Shown here one piece after another: positions 53,301-64,000 of a stretch of DNA of 64,000 bases. Both the position numbers and the translations under genes were made by a program. This stretch comes from Hyphochytrium catenoides (Eukaryota; Protista; Hyphochytriomycota). The notes below the pieces were generated by a model. That model did not search any database, was not told where the DNA came from, and saw nothing but the letters and a program-made list of their open reading frames with translations. The first letter of the stretch is position 1. Every line of letters starts with the position of its first letter. Location of the stretch: assembly GCA_900088475.1 (NCBI GenBank), contig FLMG01001010.1, positions 238,959-302,958 of the forward strand, in the 5' to 3' direction.

Positions 53301-54995
53301 CTCTTCCTTCTTCGTCTTCTTGGTAGGAGACTTGCCACCATCATCACTTTCAACCTTAATATTCTTCCGAGGGACTGCTTGGTCTCTATCTCCGTCGTCA
53401 AAGGCGATATCGAAAGTACCGTCTCCATGGTCACGCTTGATGGTGCCAGGATAGTGTTTGGCGCTATTCTTGCATTTTGCCATAACCTTCATTCCTGCCT
53501 TCAGCTTCACCTCATCGTCTGTGGTCTCATGCTGTTTACCCTTCGTAGAAGGTTTGCCACCATCATCACTTTCAACCTTGATGTTCTTCCGAGGAACAGC
53601 TTGGTCTCTGTCTCCATCATCAAAGGCGATATCGTAAGTACCGTCTCCATGGTCACGCTTGATGGTCCCAGGATAGTGTTTGGTGCTATTGCGACACTTT
53701 GCCAGGACCTCCATTCCTGCCTTCAGCTTCACCTCATCGTCTGTGGTCTCATTCTTCTTCGTCTTCTTGGTAGGAGACTTGCCACCATCATCACTTTCAA
53801 CCTTGATGTTCTTCCGAGGGACTGCTTGGTCTCTGTCTCCATCATCAAAGGCGATATCGTAAGTACCGTCTCCATGGTCACGCTTGATGGTGGCAGGATA
53901 GTGTTTGGAGCTATTGCGACACTTTGCCAGGACCTTCAATCCTGCCTTCATTTTCACCTCGTCATCTGTGGTCTCATCTTTCTTCGTCTCCTGGATAGAA
54001 GACTTGCCACCATCGTCGCTGTCGACCTTAATATGTTTCCGAGGAACAGCTTGGTCTCTGTCTCCATCATCGAAGGCGATATCGTAAGTACCGTCTCCAT
54101 GGTCACGCTTGATGGTGCCAGGATAGTGTTTGGTGCTATTTCGACACTTTGCCAGGACCTTCATTCCTGCGTTCAGTTTCTCCTCATCATCTGTGGTCTC
54201 ATCCTTCTTCGTCTTCTTGGTAGGAGACTTGCCACCATCATCACTTTCAACCTTAATGTTCTTCCGAGGAACAGCTTGGTCCCTGTCTCCATCGTCAAAC
54301 GCAATATCATAGGTACCGTCTCCATGGTCACGCTTGATGGTCCCAGGATAGTGTTTGGAGCTATTTCGACACTTTGCCATAATCTTAAGGCCTGATCGTA
54401 AGACTGGGTCATCTTCTTGTGAGTTAACCATCGGCACATCCTTTGTAGCCGACCTGGTCGGTCCCCGCCCCTCTTCTGCTGCTTGCTTTATGTCCCTTTG
54501 GGCCACAGAATGATCTCTGTCACCGTCATCAAAATGTATGTCGTATGTCCCATCACCATTGTCTTTCTTGATCTTTCCTGGATAAAATTTGGCACTTCCT
54601 CTACATCGAGCTAGAACCTTTTCGCCAAGCGTGAACGATACTTGGGCCTTCGTAGGTTTGTCATCTGACTTGCTCTGGGCATTAGGCTTCTTCGGTGCAG
54701 CTCGCTCAGAGTCACTTCTCCCCTCAGCAGTGGATCGGGAAAGCCTAGGTAGATGTTAATCTTAGGAGTTAGTAGATTGTGCTGCTTACGCTAGCGCAAT
54801 GACATCAGTGACGTTACCTCCTTGCTAGTCCAAGTGGGGGTTTCTTTGAAGGTTTCGTGCTAGATTGTCATTGGAGTCAGTACGTACAAAGAGTACCATC
54901 AAAGTGAGGCAATGGTCGAACCTTTCGTCCAACTCTATAAGCTCCCCGCCCTTCTTGGGCCGAGACCTAGCGTCGTCATCTGCAGGCCTAGGCAT
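44368..54995 (-). CDS. NPHP1: Giant nephrocystin-1 (NPHP1)-domain protein with N-terminal Tudor-like repeat array and EF-hands
   Basis: Candidate ATG 54995; exons 54995-54922 and 54859-54818, giant exon 54744-48173, then small phase-compatible exons to TAA 44370-44368. The C-terminal part matches recalled NPHP1 motifs: SSFRPAVLG, GIPVP...VLRRTVRVCL, FVSNVHTVACDWNPKQPDIWIF, DLALLFELSI, EVGCGWCLVHL, LSGGSPF, DPTLNAFPILM and terminal KPFDLSEV. The start codon is less certain than the rest. Confidence 0.82.
51105..51283. other. Assembly gap within repeat array
   Basis: Run of n; an apparent frame change coincides with it. Confidence 1.
52298..52372. other. Assembly gap within repeat array
   Basis: Run of n; an apparent frame change coincides with it. 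Confidence 1.
52992..53155. other. Assembly gap within repeat array
   Basis: Run of n. Confidence 1.
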
Positions 54996-55687
54996 CTTCG
55001 TGACTTGCTGACATCGACCAGCGCCCTAGTGCTTAATGGTCGGCCTAACCCCTGAGCTCCCAACAAAGTGCAGCCAAGCGTGTACCCTAGAGTCTGGAGC
55101 ACTATGACGGCATTGACGTTCATATCCTTGCTCATCAAAGTCCTATAAGGATGAAGACTGAAGACCAGACCCTCAGTGATGTGCCATCAACTCCTCGTTA
55201 TAGAGATCAGAACTCCTGCCCTGCAATGCTGATGAGACATTGTTGTCATTCTCACACCCATTCACTAGCCGGTAACGGCGCTGTGGTGTCTTTTCGTTCC
55301 TACGAGACCTTCAACTCTGTCTTCTCGAGGTGAAGCTTTCCAGCCAAGGAAGGAATCCATAGCTTTCAGCTTGCCGATGTATTATAACAGGCCAAGGGAA
55401 TCTTTCATCAAAGGGCTTCGAAAGCTTCGAATCTCCAGGCGCTGATCAGTGAGTGTCAAGCGGCAGAAGCGTCAGCATCTTCGGAGGCTTCGTTGCCGTC
55501 TGCAGGTCTGCGGTCTTCATCCGCAGTCTTCATCATTCGCATTGACCCTGCTCTCAACCTGGTACTAGACCTCAAAGATTGAGTAAGGCTTAGAGGTGGT
55601 GCCTGGTATGCCCTTGTTCGTAGCGGTATCTCCCCATTCGTGGGGTATTCGATCGACACGATGACTCGCATAGCATCAGATAGGACG

Positions 55688-58600
55688 ATGATGTCGTTTA
55701 AGAGGCATTGTGGTCTGTTGCTTCTCGGGGTACTCGCTACTCTTTGGCTTGCCCAAGGCCAGACGGGAGGTGAGGTTATAGAATCGTGTTAATAGGTTGA
55801 CGCAAATACTAATCTACGTGCAGCAGGATGCAAGGTTGATGACGATTGTGATCAGACAAGATGCCCAGCCAACACGAAGTGCATGGGCTGCTTCACTAAC
55901 TTGGGAGGTGAACCCTATGCCTTGGACCCGTTCGTGATGTCCGGTAGCAAGTCGCAGTGCGTCCATGGCCCATTGTGCCGTAACAGTACCTACGGTGAGC
56001 GATGGGATGGAGAAGGTTCCTTGGCTGGCTGACGCTTCTGTAAACTTTGTTAACTTGACGGCTTTGCTTTCTATTGGGTATGCCCTTAGATCTCATATGG
56101 TAGCAACTACTTAACAAGTTTATGTGTACAGGCAACTGCCCGGAGGGCTATGTGTGTTGGCTGAAGGCGATGCCCCCTAGCGATCCCGCTGACCGGAAAG
56201 CGTACCAATTTGGCTGCATCAAAGGTAATGGAATGGAAGCGACGGCTGCTGGTGGGGGGCGTGAACTTCTATATTGTTCCACCGCTTGCTATCCCTTGCT
56301 ACTACTTCCAATCCCACCTTCCCATCACACTCACTGTTAATGGCACTTCCCGGCAGCCTGTGGAATCGGTCGATACCGAAGCATCGAGAATGCTCCTCAA
56401 TATAACTGCCCATGGACAGGCAGTCCACAGGATGTGGTTGACAGAGAGGTAGGGAAAGTCCCGCTCAGATCACCGGCAAGAGAAAAGTGGCCTATCTACA
56501 GTAGGATACGAACACTTTAGTAGGAGTGTGCCTTACAAATAGTGTAGAAGGGCCAGGGCATCGGTGTTAGATTTTCCTTTTGCAATACATGCGTCTCGCG
56601 TGCTGACCTGCACCATGTGGCAGCACCGATTCTGCGTGTGGCAGCCCTATGAAAGAGTCTACCCGGACAGTGTGGATGCGAATGGGAATCGCTACATTTC
56701 CAAACCAGCGCCGCCTTTTTGCAAAACCAACCCGGACACAGCTTGGGAAAATGATCTGAGTCTCTCATACAGGAAAAACGATCCGGGCTTCGGGTGGAAT
56801 CAGAATGCAGTTAAGGTGTGTATGGGCAGGACTCATCCTGCTTCCGCTAAAGACACGCTGAAGTCGAGCTTCCTCTATTCTACCTCGTCCCCATAGTGCG
56901 CTTAAACGTCTTTGCTTCACATTGTCGTGGACTAGTCCAACTCTTCAGCTGCAAAGATACTCCAGAAAGGCGAATCCTTGCTCTGCTAACGCTGCAACCA
57001 CAGGTCATGAGTACCTACATTTTACAATCTCAGTCTACCCTCAGAGTCTCCCAAGATGGTCTTTATGGTCTTCTTCCTCGAAATGGCTCCAATGTGACTG
57101 TGAACGGTCATTCCATCCTAACACCATCCGCAACGCCCGAGCCAGTTGCCACTCCAACCAACTGGACCTGGACATCTAGTCCAACTCCTTCGGTAAGATA
57201 ATTGCGTGTCATTTGTTACTAGTATAATGGTTAGCCTTGATGCTCACTAAATTTTTGGGACCATGGGTTGCTCTTGTATCTGATCAATGGGTATAGGTTA
57301 ACTGGACATCCAACGCCACCAATCCAGCTTCATCAGAGGAGACTTCCCCATTCACCACTCCATCACCATCATCTTCCTCCTCTTTATCACCTTCAGCACC
57401 ATCATCGGCCCCTTCGCCTGCTCCGCCGACAGAGAACTCTGCCGGAGATACTCCTGCAGTGGCTCCCACTACAGGTCCTACTACTCCGGCTGCCCAAGAT
57501 GCTCCTTCAACTTCCCCCGTGGATTCAACCTCCTCTGCTCTTAGGCAGCCTCTAAATGCAGCTCCTGGGAACTCTGTTACGGAGCCTGCTTCTGTAGCCA
57601 TGGACACTACATCACTTCTTGAGGTCAGTCGAAGGACCTTGCGAGAAGCAGCTGAGGGTCAATCTTCTCAGGTGGCCTGGTTGAACGATTGTGGAGTTTT
57701 TAAAGATGCCTCGTCTTGCCCGTCACCCATCTGTCAATGGGTCAATGGCGATAATGGCAAGGCTTGCTCTTCATCTGAACTCTGTATCTCGGGGGTATGC
57801 TCGGAGGGAAAGTGTCAAGATATTTGCGCCTTTAACTTTCCCAAGGTAAGATTCATTATGTTAAATCTCTTTCAAGGGCTAGGGTTAGGGCGAACGCACC
57901 TCTAGGTGAAAGGAGTTCAGCCTCTTTCAATATGTTGTGAGGAAACACTTTTAGTGGGTAGCGGTACGACTGCACCACACAATTAACTGTCATTGTCTTT
58001 AGCTCTGCATGCCTTGCCTACCCCTACCTTTTTCGCTCATCGCACGGCCTCCGTACCCATCACCCTACAATGGCGCCTGCTACTCTACCTGTGTCAATTG
58101 CCCAGATGGTTATTATAAGGATGTGGCTGGTGATGCGAAGACGCTATGCAGACCTTGCCCTGCCTCTAGTGGTGAGATTTACAAAGTTCGATCAAGCATG
58201 TCATTTGCTCGCATGTCTTTCTTTGTAACTCTTATTTGTTACCTTCTTGCGGTATCAGGGTCTCATGCTCACCTTTCACTTCCTCTTTCCTGTCTCTGAT
58301 GGAATGTTCTTGATTCATAGCTTGGAGCTCTTCCCTTCAGCGTGATCGCTGCTGTTATAATGCCCCAAGCTGTGACAGCACGGTCTTCCAGGGCAGCTGC
58401 CGGTATTCTTCTCCTCTGTATGCGAACAATGGATCCTGTTCGTTTCCTGCAGGTGTGGACTTCTTCTACAGACCTTGTGTTGCCCAATTTTCTTCATTGT
58501 CGCCTCAATCACTTATGGTGAGACGTGACTTAACCTAGCAACAAAAGTCCTGTCAAAGTGCTAGTATCGATAAGAGTCTGACGTCCCTTTAGGCCAGAAA

Positions 58601-59329
58601 TATGGAGGAACTCGAAAAGCAACAAAAACCCGACTTGATCCTCCCTACACGATCTTTCCTTATCCAGTTGCTCTCGATACCCTTTGTCCGCCGTCAATCA
58701 CGGTGACAGAGAATTGTGGTCCTTCTCCTCCCTCCTGGCTTAGCAGAAACTGGAAATGGCTAGCTGTAGGAGGAGTAGCCGCTCTGCTTCTATTCTTGGC
58801 TGCAGGATTCGCTGGATTCATATGGTGGAAAAAGCGTAAACTAGCTGAAGAGGTATGTATATAAAGTTCAACGCCATACTTTTGGGAACTCCCTACCCTT
58901 CATGGTCTTTCAGTGGTGCTGAGCTATTGATAGCCACTTGAGATGTACTTGATCAGCCCTTGGCTCCTCTCTGCTTAGCTCCACTTGGAGTTTCTTCCCT
59001 CCTTCTGCGAAGGTTGTTCACTAAGCCTATTTTGATCGTAGGATGATGGAGGAGGAAGTAAGAAGGGGGACGAGAGAGCACCTCTTCTTGCAGAAGGTTC
59101 ATCTCCTGAAGGAAACCCGCAGCCATTTGTATGCCTTGCTGGTGGGGGGCAGGGAGGAGCCCTACCTCCTTTAGTAGGCCCAATAGGTAAAGAAACGATC
59201 TAGTACGGGGTGCCCAACGTTATCCCTTACTGGCTTCAGTCATTGAAAGCCTCTCTGCCGGCAGACACATCCAAAGCTCTAGAAGTAAGAGGTTTTGAAG
59301 CGAAGCAGCCTCCTGTCCCCCAGGTATAA
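55688..59329 (+). CDS. Type I membrane glycoprotein: signal peptide, Cys-rich modules, S/T/P stalk, TM helix, dileucine tail
   Basis: Signal peptide MMSFKRHCGLLLLGVLATLWLAQG. About 12 phase-compatible exons. Mucin-like TPSPSSSSSLSPSAPSSAPSPAPP stalk; CVNCPDGYYKDVAGDAKTLCRPCP (GCC2/GCC3/ephrin-receptor-like). TM WLAVGGVAALLLFLAAGFAGFIWW followed by KKRK; tail contains DERAPLL. Stop TAA 59327-59329. Confidence 0.75.
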
Positions 59330-59478
59330 ACTCGTTTGTTAGACCTCGGGACCAGAGGCAGGCTTTTGACTCGCCTCCTCGCTGTCTCTTACTTGCCACG
59401 TCCCTTCCAAATTTTGGGCTCCAACTCCCGCGCCTGCCATCGTGTCTTAAATACCCTGAACATGCCGATGCACGGAAG

Positions 59479-60440
59479 ATGCCATCCCTCAAAAGTATGT
59501 AGAGCGAGATGTACTTAGTTTCTTCGCTTACTTTAATGCTTCGTGAGGTTCCGCTTACATTCGTTCTCTGTTGACACTGCTGAACGCTGGTTCTCACTGT
59601 TCTCTCTAGAACTGCGAAAGTTCTCGTCAAGGAAGTTATCGTCGAAGACAGTCACGCCCCAACTGTCGGTCCGTCGCCCATCGTCTTCTGCATCAGCATC
59701 TATGCAAGCTACCATCGCTGGCATAGTTAAAGGAGCTGCTATCTCTTCCTCATCTTCAACCTTAGTCTCCCATTCTCATTCTCAGAGCTCTGTCCCTGAA
59801 GGAACAGCTCCAAAGCTTGCTGAAGACGGCAGCTGGGATGAGTTATGGGATGTAAGACTATTGCAACTACTTCTCTCTCTCTACAAAATGAACCTTCAGC
59901 CACTCTGCATTCCATGTCGACCTTGGAAGCCGTCTGCCGTTCCAAGTACTCATTCACCTTTTTGATCATCATCTCTTCTCTCTTTATCTAACTGTAGCTA
60001 TGTGAGAGAAGTCCGTCAGCACTACTGGATAAGGATAGTCGAGGTTTGACAGCCCTCCACCACGTCGTAGCTGAGGAAAACACTGAGCCGCAGATGGTGG
60101 AACGCCTTCTAGAATTCTGTCCCGAGGCTGCCAGAGTCCAGGACAATGAAGGGTGTCTACCCTTACACAGGGCAGTGGCAGTAGAGGGCAATGTAAATGT
60201 ATGTCTCAATGCTTCAACCCTCACTAGCTGTATATCACAAGCTACCTTGTCCTGTGTAACTCAGCATTTGATTACGAGCTGACCACATGGTGTCTGCCCT
60301 CTACGTTCCTCTAGGCGGTCATTCTCCTTATCAACGCTTACCCCGAGTCAGTTCGCATTCGAGTGAACAAGGATCTACCATTGGACATAGCTGCAGACAG
60401 CGCGATCATTGCCATTCTAAAGGAGGCCATGGCATCATAG
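59479..60440 (+). CDS. Small ankyrin-repeat protein, ~194 aa
   Basis: Exons 59479-59494, 59610-59851, 59998-60198 and 60315-60440. Ankyrin-like DSRGLTALHHVV...VERLLEFCPEAARVQDNEGCLPLHRAV...LLINAYPESVR...LPLDIA. The start exon is tentative. Confidence 0.8.
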
Positions 60441-60809
60441 GAGGGATCATACCACACTCCCACAACGAAGCAGCGTTTCTTCTTTCGGCTATGCATCAGG
60501 AACTATGTCGTGTTCTCTGTTCACTGCCCATATCAGCTTAGGCGTGGACTCTTTCACTTTAAGTAGTATGGTATCCCCTACGTCTTGTTACTATTCTCTG
60601 TGCTGCTGCAATGATCTCCCCATTGCATGTGGTCGCCGTTGGCTGCCCCATACAGAGTCATCCCGTATGCCCTACGTGCGATATGGTGTTCTTCTGAGAT
60701 ATTCTTGGCTTTGTTTCTATTGACATTTTCTTTTGTCCTCGCCGCTCTTCCTTAACAAATTACTTCTCATAGCCTCGGACTAATGGCACAAGTAAGATAG
60801 AGGCTTTAT

Positions 60810-63800
60810 TTACGATGAGGGCCTCGGTCCATCCTCCTGATCATAGTTCCGCAACTGCTGCCCTCCCTCATTTTGATTCTTCACGTCATTTGAGGAAGCA
60901 CGATCATCTTGCTTATCTTTGCATCTGTCGGCCTCCTCCTTGTCTTCGCTGTACTCCCAACAATCGTCGCTGAAGATGTCGCAGGAGCTCAGAGGACTGA
61001 GGGACCAAGATACTATACTGTTCATACTATTCGAGCGGGAGTCTCGACCCTCATTGGCCTGCTGCTTAGGCGTGTCTTCCTCTTTTGGTTCGGTCTCTTT
61101 CCTGGGGGCTGACGTTTTTGTCTCAGCAGAAGTTCGGCGGAGCTTCTCCCTCAAGAATTTCTCTTCTTGTGCTCGCCTCCTCTCTCGCGCTGCTTCTTCT
61201 TTTGCCTTTTCCTCTTCTATCGCTGCTATTATCTGCTTCTTTTTCTCATCTAAAGCCTCCAGTCGGCGCCTTCTCTCTTCTGTCACTTCCTGCTGATCGT
61301 ACACAACGTGAGAATGGTGAAGGTTAGAGACTGGGGCCGAACAGATGCCGAAGTTCTTTGTACTCCAAAACATTTGACATCCGTTATCTAAGCCATGCGA
61401 TGGTCTTAGCCATGACTATCTCTTGTCGTTCCTGTAGCTCTCTGTACCTTTGTTGGCTCCCCCGAGCCCTCGTAGATGTCCTTCAAACTTTGGCTGCCCT
61501 CGACTGCAGAGGACGAGGAAGAAGGAAGGAGAGAGATAAAGGGACCAGAGGAAGACGGGGATGACGTCTCAGAACCCTCAGATTGCACTCTCTTGGCCTT
61601 ATGCAGCGCCTCGAGCCTCTTCAACTCAAGAATCTGAAGATTTGCTGCCTTCCTGTCCAAAAGAGCTTTGGCCGCTGCCTGCTCCTCTTCCCTCTTCTTC
61701 TGATTCTCTCTCTACCCGTACAAGGAAGAGGAATGTGAGGTGTTGGTGAAGAGTCACATAAGGAGCCAAGAATGGACTGAGGGACGGGAGGATGCTGAAC
61801 TTCTCGAGCTGTAGAGTGATGTCCAATTGCAGGGATTGGAGTGACTCAAGAAAGAGGAATAACCCGGCGAAGATAGAGTAGGAGATGAAGCCGAACAACT
61901 GAAAGAGTGAATGTAGAGGGAGGAGAAGAATGCGACTTGGGCCGAGATATATAACGTACCTGGATCGCCAACGCTCTTTCTTGGACTTCTTTCAATTGGA
62001 CCCTGAGCTTGGCCTCATCTCTCCGTGATTCTCCTCTGCCTGTCTTCTTCTCGTCACGTCCTCTCTCTTTCCGGTATTCACCATCTTCCTGAACCTCCTT
62101 CTTCGCCCTTGTCTTCTTCATTTTGGTGGTCTTCCTCTTCGTCACTCTTTTCTTGCCTCTCTCTCTCACAGTGTTTAGGCTGCTACAATCGCTAATGACG
62201 CTTTGACTTTCCTCTGTCTCGTCGTCTTCTTCACTGACGCCATCCCTTTCACCCGTTAAGGATGAGAGAGAGAAAGAGTCATCGGCGCATTCCTCCTCCC
62301 ACAGGCTGCTTTGAGGNNNNNNNNNNNNNNNNNNNNNNNNNNNNNNNNNNNNNNNNNNNNNNNNNNNNNNNNNNNNNNNNNNNNNNNNNNNNNNNNNNNN
62401 NNNNNNNNNNNNNNNNNNNNNNNNNNNNNNNNNNNCTCCTTCCTGATCTCCTCTCTGCTTCTTCTAGGTCACGCCTCTCTCCGCTCCCCCATTCAGTCAA
62501 CTGTCTCTCTATCCTTTTGTCATCCCGAGACGAAAGGGAGAGAGAAGAGAGAGTGAGGCTGGACAGCGAGGATACTTCATCAGAAGGTTCTGCAAGGCTA
62601 ACTTCAGGATCTTGATTGCTTTCTTTCGGCCTTCGATGAAGAGCTCGCTTCTTTGGCACTGGAGGACTGAACAACAGCAGCAGAGATTGGCTAATGAGTA
62701 CGAGAGCTAAGAAAAGGACAAATTGTGCAAAGAACCTGTTGCTTTCTCGTTGAGGATCCTGTGCTAGTGATGAGAGAGAGGCGAACTTGTCCTTTAGTCG
62801 AGAGCGCGATATCTCCCGTCCAGAGCTCTCTGATGGGATCAGACGAGGTCAATTCTTCATGACTAGGAGCGTTCTGGAAAACGGAAAGGGAGACCAAGAA
62901 GCTGCACGAAGAGAAGGAGAAGAGAAGAGTAGGAAGATACTCGAGAGGAGGATCAGAATGTAGTTGACAGAGAGAGAGAGAACGAGCAACAGGTCCACTA
63001 GCTGGCTAGTCAGCAGCAAAAGAGATGAGTGATCATGAACGGAGGCTTGCAAGACTTGACTAGGTGGTAGGGAGTTAGACTCTGACGACGAGAGACAGAG
63101 ATGAAAGAAAGCAGAGAGCACCAGAAGAGACAGACGCCGAAGCTGGGGGACAAGCGAGGGACACAGCGAAAGGATAGACTGCCACACAGCGAAAGGATAG
63201 ACTGTCATGGTAGGCAAGAGACAACTCTTTATCCAGATGTACCTGTTAGCTGAGGAGCGCCGAGTAACTTCTCCCTGGATTCTTTCCTCTTTCTCTCTAT
63301 CTCTTCAGCTTCCTTGAAGGCACTTTCTACTAGTGGCTTCGTAGTCTGCTCGTGCTGCTGAAGAAAGTGCGAGATAGAAGAAAGCACATCCATCCCTTAG
63401 GCCAAAGTTAGAAGCATCCTCTCTCTTGCCTATCCGGGCTCTGCTGGTCGTCTTCTCTTATTAAAGCGCGCTCTTCTGTTGCTTTAAGTGTCGCTCCGTT
63501 CCCTTTCAACACAACTTGTCAGACGGCCGGCGGGCTTATTTCTCTCTCTCTAGTGCTCCCTCTCTCTCTCTTTCTCTTTTCTCTGTCTCTCTCTCTCTCT
63601 TCCCCTTCGCCTCTGTCCCCTGATCGTCCCGTCGTTGGTGCTCAGAGAATGCTTCTTTCCCCTCTCTCCAGCTCTCTCATGTCCTCCCGCTGCTCTGCCT
63701 GTCTTTCTACTGTCTTCCTGTTCGCGAATGTCTTCAAAAGTAACATCTTGGACTTCTTGGCTCTCCTCCTTGGCATGTCTGTCTCTCTCTAATGTGTCTT

Positions 63801-63871
63801 CTAACTTTTTCTCCTTTCCTTCAGTCTCTCCTATCTTTCCTCCTCCCTCCCTTCTGTCCACCTTAGGGTCC
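60810..63871 (-). CDS. Partial gene for an E/K/R-rich low-complexity coiled-coil protein of unknown function (5' end probably outside window; exons unresolved)
   Basis: A series of minus-strand charged ORFs (60810-61373, 61406-61660, 61846-62169, 62279-62674, 63550-63861) separated by pyrimidine-rich intron-like stretches. No recognisable domain. Confidence 0.5.
62317..62435. other. Assembly gap (N run)
   Basis: Run of n. Confidence 1.
63161..63204. repeat. Short tandem duplication, period 23 bp
   Basis: acacagcgaaaggatagactg at 63161 and 63184. Confidence 0.85.
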
Positions 63872-63934
63872 TGCCTGCAATTGAGAGTTCTTTAATTGTC
63901 TCTCTCTTACTTTGTGTCTCCCCCCCTCTGATGC

Positions 63935-64000
63935 TCTCTCTCTCTTCTCCTCTCTCTGTTCTCTCTGTTCTCTCTGTTCTCTCTCTCTCTCTCTCTCTCT
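63935..64000. repeat. (CT)n / ctctctgtt microsatellite at window end
   Basis: ctctctgtt x3 followed by a pure CT run. Confidence 0.9.

Larger units (their letters stand above)
50005..54640 (-). repeat. Coding tandem array of at least 21 Tudor-like domains; core unit 225 bp / 75 aa
   Basis: Unit EVKLKAGMKVLAKCRNSTKHYPGTIKRDHGDGTYDIAFDDGDRDQAVPRKNIKVESDDGGKSPTKKTKKDETTDD recurs every 225 nt (one 222-nt variant). Central units are near-identical and outer units diverged. Three N-gaps lie inside. Confidence 0.95.

Noticed and set aside
51038-54395. Long hydrophobic plus-strand ORFs (447 aa and 732 aa) and the periodic 60-aa ORFs
   Set aside because: These are antisense shadows of the 225-bp coding repeat: one stop-free unit gives a long ORF automatically, and they start on non-ATG codons and span N-gaps.
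51000-54400. Regularly spaced repeats as a CRISPR-like array or transposon
   Set aside because: The units are contiguous, codon-preserving and lack unique spacers. The context is eukaryotic, with no cas, transposase or RT motifs.
27-54995. Functional cluster of cytoskeleton/cell-division genes (prefoldin, formin, NUF2, NPHP1, NEDD8)
   Set aside because: Mixed orientations, unrelated pathways and no shared regulatory element seen; consistent with chance in a compact genome.
1-64000. Alternative genetic code or stop-codon reassignment
   Set aside because: The conserved genes that were fully spliced (PFDN3, U2B'', NEDD8, NUF2, carrier) give stop-free frames with the standard code. In-frame stops fall in introns.

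Overview
Gene-dense, intron-rich eukaryotic nuclear DNA read with the standard code. It is most likely a flagellated stramenopile; this is inferred from the SAR-type NEDD8, the formin with CCDC53-like motifs, stramenopile-style Tudor-like repeats and a ciliary NPHP1 domain. Gene models were spliced by hand. In order: prefoldin-3 (partial, -), a mitochondrial carrier (-), a ~23 kb VPS13B-like gene (+), a dually acylated PH-like protein (-), U2B''/U1A (+), a formin (+), a four-small-exon NEDD8 gene missed by the ORF track (-), NUF2 (+), a giant NPHP1-domain gene (-), a Cys-rich type I membrane protein (+), a small ankyrin-repeat protein (+) and a partial charged low-complexity gene (-). The most striking item is the NPHP1 (nephrocystin-1) C-terminal domain fused in frame to at least 21 tandem 53BP1/LBR-type Tudor-like repeats (225-bp unit) plus a calmodulin-like four-EF-hand module. 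Splice acceptors are also relaxed (AAG/GAG, with CAAAAAG three times). Family assignments rest on recalled motif similarity, not database searches. Six N-gaps limit certainty, and three of them fall inside the repeat array.
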